A DNA stretch of 64,000 nt from Bacillota bacterium. GTDB lineage: Bacteria; Bacillota; DTU025. This document shows positions 52,701 to 63,400 of this stretch, piece after piece (position 1 is the first letter of the stretch; every line of letters begins with the position of its first letter). The stretch spans positions 1 through 64,000 of the forward strand of contig JBMNJT010000001.1 of NCBI GenBank assembly GCA_050951805.1, written 5' to 3'. The notes under the pieces are model-generated. The model was not told the origin of the DNA and ran no database searches. It was given only the letters and a program-made list of their open reading frames with translations. The translations under genes and the position numbers were made by a program.

Positions 52701-55700
52701 TGGAGGTCTTCGTGTCTCCGTAGAACGGGAAGTCGAACGGAAGATCGACAACCCTGGAATCGTCGCCTGTCAGGGGAAGTTTCGTGCCGATTTCGCCGAT
52801 TTCAACCCAATCGAAAACGGGTCCGCCCGATTCGTCTGAATCGCGCCATATGTATCCGAACCCATCCGGTCCGCCAACGCCGAGCGTACTAAGCGCCCCG
52901 TCCTCTGTCGGGACTCCGCCCGTAAACGCCTCTGCGCTGAAAATCAACGCGGCCTCCCCCATATTCGTCACGGTAAGGGTCTCGGTCTTCTGCCGATGGG
53001 CCCGCACAGCCTGATGGAATGTCTGCGGGTCCACGCTCGCCTCCGGCAGATCTGCCACAACAATAGTGACGCTTTCTTCGGCGATGAGGCCATCATCATC
53101 GGTCACGGTGAACGTGGCCGTATACTCCCCGTCCGCCTCGTAGGTATGAACTGGCGCGAAAACGCCCGTTACGGGGTGACTGCCATCGCCAAAATCCCAT
53201 TCGATAGCGGCTATTTCTCCATCGGCATCTTCCGCAACCGCGGAAAACTCGACCGCAAGCGGCGCACTGCCTATCCGCGGATCAGCCGAAATCGATCTTA
53301 TCACAGGCGGGATGATGGATTTGGCAAACATGAATGTATCGACATCGACCTGCGGGTTCACAGGATCGTTGCTGAGGATTTTGATCGTTGCCTTCCAAGT
53401 CCCCTGTGGCAAGTTGTGGGCTGCAAAGGCTGCTGTGAGCGTGTCGGATTCGCCTGGCGCGACTGTTCCCGCAGTCTTGTCCAACACGACCCATCCCGGC
53501 ACGAATAGCACGCCGAGATTGTCATGGACATAATTCTCGTCGTAAGCCACCTGAAGCCCTATAGTGCCAGTTGCGTTCTCGATTCCGATTGTAGCCTCGT
53601 CGAGACGCGTCCCCATCATCTTGTAGAGGTATGTGATGTTTCCCCCCGGAGTCAGCGTGGCCTGGAACGTGTAAGGTCCCCCTCTGCCATAGCGCTGAAC
53701 GTCCTGATACTGCACGACGAATTTCTGGTCGTCGCCGTAATAGAAGACCTTGCCATCGCCTTTCTGCGGTTCAAGGTCATCCCAGAAGATTGCGATCAGG
53801 TCATTTGGCTCTCTGGTATCCGGTACGGAATGATTGTTGTACGCGGTGCCATTGTCGCCAAATGTCAAGTATCCGTTGGAGGAAATCCGTATCGAATCCT
53901 TGATATCCCCGTAGAAGGGGAACTCGAACGGGAGGTTGACTACGACGCTGTCCTCTCCCTCGAGGGTTACCCCGGTTCCAACCTCGGAAATCTCGAACCA
54001 CTCGGGCATGACGACCCCTGCCTCATCGCTGTCTGTCCAGAAGTAGCCATGCTCATCAGGGCCTCCGGATCCCAGCTTTCCTATGGGAATGGCTGTTCCG
54101 GACGTGTCTACCATGCCTATAAGCTGGAGTTCGGCCGTATAATCGAGGCTCCCCAGCCCATCATTACTGATGGTGATCGCCTTTTCACAGGTCTCTCCCC
54201 ATTCGAGCCTGGTATGGATCTCAGTGGGCTCCACTCCGATCACAGACGCAAAGAAGACGTGAATCTGCACGGCAGCGCTGGCGTCTATGCCAGCGGTATT
54301 CACTACGTGGAATGAGGCGTCATAAAACCCCTCTTCCTCGTAAGTATGTACTGCATCCCATTCGTGCACGGTCTCGCTGCCATCACCGAAATCCCACCAC
54401 ATATCGAGGATTTCGCCTTCGGGCGTCTCGGCCATCGCGCTGAAACTGACCTCAAGAGGCGGCGGACCCCACGTGGGAGTTGCCTCTATCGAAGTTATTA
54501 TCGGCGCTCTCTGGCCCGCGATGGCATTTGCCAAGTTGAGCCGACCCCCTGTGAGCACCTTCCCCTCATACTGCGGGAAGACGTCGACACTACCTAAGAT
54601 CATATCCTTGATAGTGACCGTATCATCCCCCATGCCAGCGGTTCTATAGAGGGGCACATGCGGGTACATGCTCCGCAAGAGCGCAGCGGCGCCAGATACG
54701 TGCGGCGTGGCCATCGAAGTGCCGTAGAAGAAGGCGTAAGCCTCGCTGGGCTCTGCCTCGGGTGGATCAGGCGGAACGGTGGACAAAATGTATCCGCCGG
54801 GAGCGAAGAGGTCGACAGTCCTCTCGCCATAGCACGTGCTCCACCAGCCGGCGTAATTGCATGGCATCTCATTTTGCATCATGGCGGCTACTGAAATGAT
54901 GTTCGCCGAATCATAGCTCGATGGATAGTGCGGATGGATATCCGTGTTGTCACCGGAGTTGCCCGCCGCGCATACAACGAGCATGCCCGATGCTTCTATG
55001 GCGTCCTTGAGCACCTGTTGGTATGGTCCCCCGCCCCAACTGCAGCTCGCTATCTGCGCGCCCTTGTCTGCAGCATACTGCAGGGCGAGGATGGCGTCGG
55101 ATGTATAGCCGCCCCCGGGGCCAATGAACTTTAGGGGCATAATCCTGACGTTCCAGTTGATCCCAGTCACACCCATACTATTGTCTGACTGGGCACCAAT
55201 CGTTCCGGCGCAGTGAGTTCCGTGGTTGTCGTTGAGATATCCATATTCGTCACGTTCATCGGGGTCAAACACACTGTTGTCATTATTGGCAAAATCCCAA
55301 CCCCAGAAATCGTCAACATAGCCGTTGCCATCATCGTCCACTCCGGGTTCCCCGTTCATTTCCGACTCGTTGACCCAAATGTTGGCGATAAGGTCGGGGT
55401 GTTGGATGTAGCAGCCGCTGTCAATGACGGCCACAATGATCTCATCTGTGCCTGTATGGACGGCCCAAGCTTCGGGGGCATCGATGTCCGCATTATTGAC
55501 GGGATCGCCCGACATCTCGGGGTCCTTGTACTGGCAGTCCTCATTATGGAGGCCCCACATCCTCTCGAAATAGGTATCGTTTGGGACAATAGGGGCACCT
55601 GTGTGAGCTTGGTCTTTGTAGCAAATGTAGTCTCGTTCGGCATAAAGAATCCCCGGAGCATTGCTCAGCCTTGATATTGCCGATTCAGGGCTGACCCTCT

Positions 55701-56007
55701 CGGGAAGTTCCACGATTCCGAATTTTGCACCGCTTGGAAATGTCGCGGTAGCTTTGAAGTCAGCAACTCGATACATTGAGTATCCTAGCCGCTCTATCGA
55801 ATTGGTAGCAGCATTTGTAGTAATCGTATCTGAAAAACGCACTATTACCTTGTTGGGATGATAGGTATCAGGACCGGGCTGCCATCCACCACAAAGCCCT
55901 GCCTGAGACCATACATCCGAGGCGCCTTCAACAGCAGCGCAAGGTATGACCAATAACAGGATCAGTGCAGCAATAAACATCGACCTGTTTCTCCGACTAT
56001 CAGCCAT
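46757..56007 (-). pseudogene. Giant S8 subtilase/PKD/CTD protein, copy 2, split by two +1 frameshifts (~3082 aa if repaired; may be sequencing error)
   Basis: ORFs 51052-56007, 50634-51317 and 46757-50848 are collinear with the paralogs. One extra base at about 51217-51219 (GAAAGG vs GAAGG in paralogs) and one at about 50850-50852 (GGG run). Catalytic VIDSG, HGTHCAG and GTSMATPHV are intact. Confidence 0.85.
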
Positions 56008-56299
56008 ATACTGCTTCGTCTCCTTTCCACTCAGGTTTCTTCCTAGATGTTTTGGAACATTTACATCAATGCAACAACTACTGAATAATCATGAACAACA
56101 CCGTTTGGTCGACTTGCGCCTGCTTCGGACATCACCTCCAGTCTCGTTAAACCTGGGCGCAAAAGCTGTATGAGGAGTAGAACTGGCATTCGAGCAGTTG
56201 TATAAGAACATTTATGCGGCGAGTGGTGGGATGGGAGTTACCGTCATTCCTCCCATATTACAGGATATGCGCCCATAGATGTCACTGAACAATACGACC

Positions 56300-56329
56300 A
56301 CTATACCACAATCACTTCTAAAATTACAA
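56300..56329 (-). promoter_or_regulatory. Candidate extended -10 promoter for cassette copy 2
   Basis: Minus strand TTGTAA-N18-TATAGT with TG immediately upstream of the -10 (TGgTATAGT). The adjacent downstream block is conserved upstream of copy 1 (about 45589-45616). Confidence 0.45.
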
Positions 56330-56421
56330 AGATTCGATGAAGAATGACAATATAGCGCAAACACAGCATGACGTAGCTGTCAGTGTTTGTCACTGCCGTT
56401 TTATTCACCCATCTGCTTGAG

Positions 56422-56461
56422 AAAAAAAGGCGAGGCTCATGCTATTGCAACAGAGCCTCGC
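56422..56461 (-). terminator. Rho-independent terminator after barrel copy 3
   Basis: Minus strand GCGAGGCTC-N14-GAGCCTCGC, then C and TTTTTTT. Confidence 0.8.
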
Positions 56462-56488
56462 ATATCTCTCTATGTACGTCGCGTTTGG

Positions 56489-57367
56489 CTAGAACTTCAT
56501 TCCCAGCGACAGCCTGTGGCTGTCTGGCAAGGTACTATGGTGCTGGTATGCATAATCGATGTTGAAAGTAGCTACCCCAAACCCTGCTCCTGCAGTGAGG
56601 CATGTTCCATTCCCGCCAAAAGAGCCACCTGCGCGGAGCGCCATCTGGCGGAATCTGTACTCTGCCCCCACCTTCCCGGAAAAACCGTTGTCCATCACGG
56701 CATCCGCCGCAACGAGCAAGTTCTCCATGGGCTCGAAGGCAACTCCAAGTCCGAATGCGCGGTCGAAGGCATCCTCCGCACCACTGGAGTAGGCCACCTT
56801 GCCGAAGAGGTTCCTTCCGACCGCGCCCACGCGGATCTTGTCATCCGCCATGGAATACAAAACTCCCATGTCAGCCGTGAAGCCTTTCCCCGAGTTTTCG
56901 GGCAGTGTCTCTTGGTAGTACTTGACCGCCGCACCGACGCTCAGGTTCGGCATTACCGTCATGCCGTAGCCTGCCATCACAGCGGTACTAGCCACACCAA
57001 ATGTACCAATCTCGTTTGCGAATTCATCTGTTTCTTCTATCCCGGAAGCGTCGAGCCTCAGGATTCCCGCGCCGATGTGTCGTGCCACGCCTCCTAACGC
57101 GAGGTACCCTGCTGCTCCATATTGGTTTGTATACAGCGATGTGATATCTATTCCATCAATTACGCCCAGGCCTGCCGGGTTGTAGTATATGACGGAGGCG
57201 TCATCTGCCACCGCAATATGGGCTCCGCCCATTCCAAGCGCCCGCGCCCCCATGCCAAGTCCCATCATCGCCGCCGTTCCCACCGGATCGTCCTCGGCGA
57301 ATGCAGCTGCTGCGGGAATCAGGGCAATTACGAGCACGAGCGCAAGCACTGTTTTCTTGATTCGCAT
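56489..57367 (-). CDS. PorV/PorQ-like outer-membrane beta-barrel, copy 3
   Basis: 6-7 residues differ from copies 1 and 2; same signature and terminal Phe. Confidence 0.85.
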   Translation of the reverse strand: MRIKKTVLALVLVIALIPAAAAFAEDDPVGTAAMMGLGMGARALGMGGAHIAVADDASVIYYNPAGLGVIDGIDITSLYTNQYGAAGYLALGGVARHIGAGILRLDASGIEETDEFANEIGTFGVASTAVMAGYGMTVMPNLSVGAAVKYYQETLPENSGKGFTADMGVLYSMADDKIRVGAVGRNLFGKVAYSSGAEDAFDRAFGLGVAFEPMENLLVAADAVMDNGFSGKVGAEYRFRQMALRAGGSFGGNGTCLTAGAGFGVATFNIDYAYQHHSTLPDSHRLSLGMKF

Positions 57368-57442
57368 TTTCCGCCCTCCTTAAGGTCGTGCAAATCTGTG
57401 AAGTCCGGGCAGTCGCTTGTGCGACCGCCCAGACCTATGCAT

Positions 57443-60400
57443 CTATCTGCTCACAACAAGACGCCCGACCTCAGATCTCTCTTCACCGGCTATCACGACG
57501 TAGAGGTATACGCCGTTTGCCACCGGCTTGCCTGATGAATGGAGGTTCCATTCATGGGCATGCGCCGTGGCTGAAAGCTCTGCAGAGTGCACGAGGCGTC
57601 CTGCGATGTCGTATACGTAGAGCGTTCCGTTTGCTGCGATGTCGTAGTAGAACGTTACTACATCAGAAGTCGGGTTCGGAGCAGCCACTACAGTGCGAGT
57701 GAGTGCAATTACCGTGAACTCCTCGCTTATGGCCTCTCCGGATGCGCCTTCTGGGTCGACTGCTGTGATTCGGATCTCATACTTGCCTCCGCGCTCCAGC
57801 TTGGAGGTATCCCAGACGTATTTACCGGTGTTGGGCACCTCAGATGCTATGGCCTGCCAATCCCCGCCTGATGCAGGCTTGTATTCAAGAGTGATCTTGA
57901 GTTTGTCCGCATCATCGTCTGGATCAACAGCCTCCCACTCGATCATCGCCTCGCCCGTTAAGACCTGGCCTGCTGTGGGCGTTATGATCTCAACTTCCGG
58001 CGGGAGGTTGATGATCTCTATGGTCTCTTCAGCTGTGCCCGCAAGGTCACCGTCGTCAGTAACGGTGAGCTTCACCGTGAATACGCCCTTCTCGGCGTAC
58101 TTGTGCTCTGGGCTCTGCTCCGAGCTTTCAGCTCCATCGCCGAACTCCCAATGCCAGGCCACGATCTCGCCGTCATCGATGGACTCGTCGGTGAACTTGA
58201 CGATTGTCTCAACCGTGGGTGAGGCTGGAGTGAAGCTGAACGCCGCCTGCGGCGGAGCATTGACTATCTCTATCTCGTGCGTTATCGAGCTAGCTACATT
58301 GTCGTCATCTATCACTGTCAGCTTAACCGCGAACGTGCCTGTAGAGCTGTATACGTGCTCAGGGCTCCACTGGTCGCTTGTTGACCCATCACCAAACTGC
58401 CATAGGCAGGTGACGATCTCGCCGTCATCAGTGGACTCATTGGTGAACTTCACGGCTTCGCCGGTTCTAGCAGGCGAAGTGAAGCTGAACGCTGCAATCG
58501 GCGCCGCGTTCCTCACCTCGATGGTCTTTGTTGCAGTTCCCGTGAGCCCGCCGTTGTCGGTGACGGTTAGCGTGATCTCGAACTCGCCCTTCTGGGCATA
58601 CTGGTGCTCTGGGTCCTGTGCATCGCTCGTAGTCTCGTCTCCGAACTCCCAGTGCCACGCCACGATCCGGCCGTCATCAGTCGACTTGTCGACGAACTTC
58701 ACCTTGTCGCGCCGTGTGGCAGGGGATGGAGTGAAGTCAAAGTCGGCGGTTGGAGCGTTATTGATGATAGTGAACTCTTCCGTCACGAACTCATGGAACG
58801 CACCTGCGGGGTCGGTGGCCCTTGCTCTTACGCGGAAAGTGTTGCCTGCCTCGCCTACTTCGATGGTGTTCCACTCGAAGGAGCCGGTGTTGGCAAGCCC
58901 TCTCCCGAGCTCATGCCACGTCTCGCCGTCGCGAGTCCAGGCAAGGTCGATCAGGAGGTCATCTGCATCATCATCAGGATCCGTGGCCGTCCATTCGATC
59001 TCGGTCACGCCGTGCAGCTCATCTTCGCCCTCAGGCGTCGTGATTGCAACTGCTGGAGGAGCGTTGAGCTTGAGCGTCACTGGAATGGCCGCAAACGGAC
59101 GGTATGGGTCATTCGCCGACACGTACAGGTAGAGCGAGTATGTGCCGTATGCGGCGTCGGGAGATCCAAGCGTCAGAATAACATCCTGGCTTCCCCCGGG
59201 CACAAGGTATCCCGATGTCGGATTGACCTTGATAATCGATCCGACTGGCGCGAAACCTATTGCTAAGCCATCCTCGATGTACGGGGCGTTGTAGACTACC
59301 TGCAGGCCGTCTGTGCCTGTGGCGTTTTCAATGCCCACTGTGGCGCTGGTAAGCTCGCCGACCATATCGAGGTACTGGAATACGATCGTGCCGTTAGGAT
59401 ACAAGATCGCCTGGAACGTATAGGATACCGATTCTTGCAACCACTTAGCCACTCCCTGATACTCCACGATGAAGCGGCCCGCTTCCTGGTCGTGGTAGTA
59501 GTAGACATCGCCCGCCGTCCCTGGATCGAGGTCATCCCAGAAGACCGCAATCAGGTCGTTGGGGTCGGATGGATCAGGTATGGGAGTGTTCGTCCACTTG
59601 CTGCTTGCCGTTCCGAACGTCAGGTATCCGTTGGAGCAGATGCGAACCTTCGTCTTCACATCTCCGTAGAACGGGAACGCGAACGGCAGATTCACATCTA
59701 CGATCGACTCGTCAGTCAACGTCAGCCTGGTTCCGACATCACTGATCTCGAACCAGTCGAACTCGGGACCGCCCGCATTGTTGCTGTCGATCCAGATGTA
59801 TCCGAACTGGTCGGGTCCGCCGGCGCCTGCACCCGCATACCCCTTGGGCTCGGAAGCATAGTCGCCCTTTACAGGCCCAGAAGCAACGTATTCCTTCCAC
59901 TCGGGGCTTCCGGCGAAGCTCGGCGCAACCGCTATCTCGAAGTTCATCGGTGCAACGCCGGTGTTGCTGACTGTCAAGACGGTCTGCTCTTCTTCTCCTA
60001 CTGGGACGATCTCATCGAACTCCTCAGGTTCAACCCCTAGCACAGGTAGCCACTTGACTGTCACTGTCAGCTCAGCAGTTGCCTCGACCTCATTCTCGTC
60101 AATTACGTGGAAGACTGCTTCGTATACTCCGAGGTCAGTGTAGATATGCTCGGCTCTAGCTTCGTGGACTGGGTCGCTGCCATCGCCGAAGTCCCACCAC
60201 ATGTCGACTATGTCGGTCGCGCCAGCCTCAACTGTAGCATCGAATGCCACGCGAAGCGGCGGCTCGCCGATAGTCGGGGTCGCGGTCGCCTCGACAATGG
60301 TCGGGCCAGCCTCGATGTGGACGATCAGATCCACATAGAGGAAGGTATTCTCAGGATCGTTAGTTGCTATCTCAAGGTACTTCCTTATCTCATCCCCTGG

Positions 60401-63400
60401 CTTGCCGAGATGCTCGGCATCAATCGTAACCTCAAGTTCCGCGGTTTCGCCTAGTGCGACTGTGCCGCGCTCGGGGTCTACACTTATTCCTACTGCCAGA
60501 GGCATTTCCGTGTTGATCAGGTACATGTAGCGGTTGTCCTGAGATGACGCCCACAGGTTGCCGTTGCTATCGAGTGCAAGCCCAGCTCCGGCGTAATCTC
60601 CGCCATACGGATGCAGGAACTGGTACACGACTTCGAGAGCATCCAGGTCAAGCCCGAAGACCATGTCAGGAGCACCATTATTCGTCACCCACAGGATCCC
60701 GTCTGGGTGCCACGCGAGTCCCGAGATGCCTACTGGGAACGAGTAGGCGGCAATTACTGAGCCGGGGCTGCCATGGCTAGGCCCGTAGATGTGGTAGATG
60801 ATATCCTCGTTCCATCCGCCGATGTAGAAGGTGTCAGTATCGGCATCATAGGCAAGGCCTCGCTGAGATGTGTCTGTCCAAGGCCCGCTGGTGATCTTCA
60901 TGACCACTGCGCCTGTTTCAGGGTCAAGTCCGTATATGCCGTTGTCGCCACCGACATTGACCTGCCACATCAGATTTCGGTTGCTATCGTACGCCATGTC
61001 GCCGGGCCATGACCCTGCCCACGGCGTGCTGAAGACCGTTCCGGTGTGGACGCCTTCCGGCGTGACGAGGTGATCCTTCTTCACCAATGGATCTGTGATC
61101 CATACGTTGCCGTCGAAGCCAACACCCCAAGGCAGATCTATCTGCGAGGGCACTTGCCACGAAGTGATCACATCGCCCACTGCGCCCGGCTCGATGGAGG
61201 CTGCAATTCTTTCGACGAGCTCGGGAGCGATCGAAGCATATAGGCCTTCAGCTGTTCTCGCGTTCTCATCTAGCACAATGCCTATGCGCTCAGGCATTGC
61301 AACCACTGGAGCACTTCCGCCCTTTACCTTCACTTCGAACTCGAGCTCGGCGTTGCCCTCCACGTTGCCCAAAGTTACGGTCTCCGTGGCACTGCCACGA
61401 GGAGGCAAGGTCACTTCGATCGTCTCAGGCTCGCAGGTTGCGCGAGGCAGCCACTTTACTTCGATCTCGAAGCTAGCCTCGTCGCTTGCGCCCATCTGAT
61501 CCGTCACTGAGAACGTGGCAGTGTACAAGCCCGCTGCGGTGTAGACATGCGTCACGTCGAGCTCGCTTGAGGTTGTTCCATCTCCGAAGTCCCAGCCGTA
61601 GCTTACAACTGGAATCTCAGGTGCCGTGAATGCGGCGTGGAACGCCACTTCAAGTGGAGGCTCGCCGAACACAGGCTCTGCGCTTGCCTCGGTTATCACA
61701 GGCGGCGCAGCCACTGTGGCCGTGACCGGAACTATGATCATCGGGTTTTCGATGTCATTGGTAAAGAGGGTCACATACTCTTCGTAGCTGCCGGGCTTGA
61801 GCTCTGAAGCATCCACCTTGACCGTGATGTTGACTAACCCTCCCGCCAGAACGGATCCAGCGTCAGGTTCCCAACTGAGCCAGCCGGAGCTTATTGGTCC
61901 AAAGCCGGTCTCGATCAGGTACATCTGCTCATCGTTCATCGACGCGGCCCACAGGTTTCCGCATGGCGCGAATTCACATCCAGCGCCTGTGTAATCGCCG
62001 CCGCTTCCGGGATGAGCAAACTCCAAGAGCACAGCATGGCTATCAGGATCAACGAAGTATATCTTGTCCGGCGATCCATTGTTCGTCACTGCCAGCACGT
62101 TGGCTCCTGGATGATAGGCGAGTCCTGCAATCCCTACGCCAAATGTCCACTGCTCGATTACTGCGCCGGGATTATCCCAACTCTCGCCCTTGATCTTGTA
62201 TATGATGTCTTCGTTCCATCCGCCGATGTAGAAGGTGTCATCGTTGGCATTGTAGGCCAGGCCTCGTTGAGAAATGCCGGCCCACGGCAAACTGCTGATG
62301 GATCCGAGGACCTGTCCTGTTTCAGGATCCAGCTTGTAGATCCCATTGTCCCCGCCGACGTTGACTTGCCAGATGTACTCGCCATCGAATGCCATGTCGC
62401 CGGCCCATGAGCCGCCGAAGTTGGCCGTCCAGCTTGTGCCAGTATGCTGGCCTTCTGCTGTGACCACATGGTCGACGGTTGGGGTAACATCGGGATCGGA
62501 TATCACTAGATTGCCGGTGTCGAGAATCACTCCAACACCCCAAGGAAGACTGATCTGTGAAGGCGCTGGCCAGCTTGTAATAACAGAACCGACGCCCTCG
62601 GGCTTCCAAGGATAGCTTTCCACTGCAGCAGTGGGCTCGTAGATGCCCTCTGCTGTCATAGCATTAAGATCCTTGATGCCATCAGGAGTGACCAGCCTCT
62701 TCGGGAACTGGACCCTATTGGGAAGCTCCTCCGCACCGAAGATCAGCGTCCCTGTGCCTATGTTGCTCAGGGTCATGATGCCTTCGGCTGTCTGTCCGCC
62801 TCCCAAGGTGAAGCTGAACTGCTTAGGATTCCAGCTAGCAGATGCCGGTTCGCGAACGGTCACGGTTACCGATTGAGTAGCCGGGTAACCATCATTGTCG
62901 ACTGCGGTGAATGTCGCGACAAACTTGCCTTCACGCGAGTACTTGTGTGTTGCCACGAACTCGTGAACAGGCACGCTGCCGTCGCCGAAATCCCACCACT
63001 TGTCGGCTATGTGGCCGTCTGCGTCACGTGCGGCCGCAACGAACTGGAACTGGGTGGTGATCGGGCCGATATCGGGGTTGACAGAGCAAGCGGTTATGCT
63101 CGGAGGATTGTTCGGGATCACTTCGATGTGAACCGGAACGATCGTCCGCGGCTTGCGGATATCATTAGTGTCGAGCACAACTGCGCCGTCCAACATGCCT
63201 GATCCGACCATGCCCAAGTCGAACGTCACGTCCAGATCGATGCTCTCGCCGGGTTCAAGCGTTGCCTGCTCAGGCGCAACTTCGAGCCATTGGTAAGGCT
63301 TGAACCTGATAGCAAGTTCATCATGCATATAGCCCATCGTATTGTGGAGCACCCCAAGGCCATCTGTGCCGTCGGAGTTTTCGATGCCGATGGTGCCCTT

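Noticed and set aside
57693-59132. 479 aa plus-strand ORF, and other long antisense ORFs such as 40947-42164, 53524-54315 and 56387-57097
   Set aside because: These are shadow frames of the giant minus-strand genes, with Ser/Pro/Arg-rich composition and no family motifs. They recur only because the sense genes are repeated.
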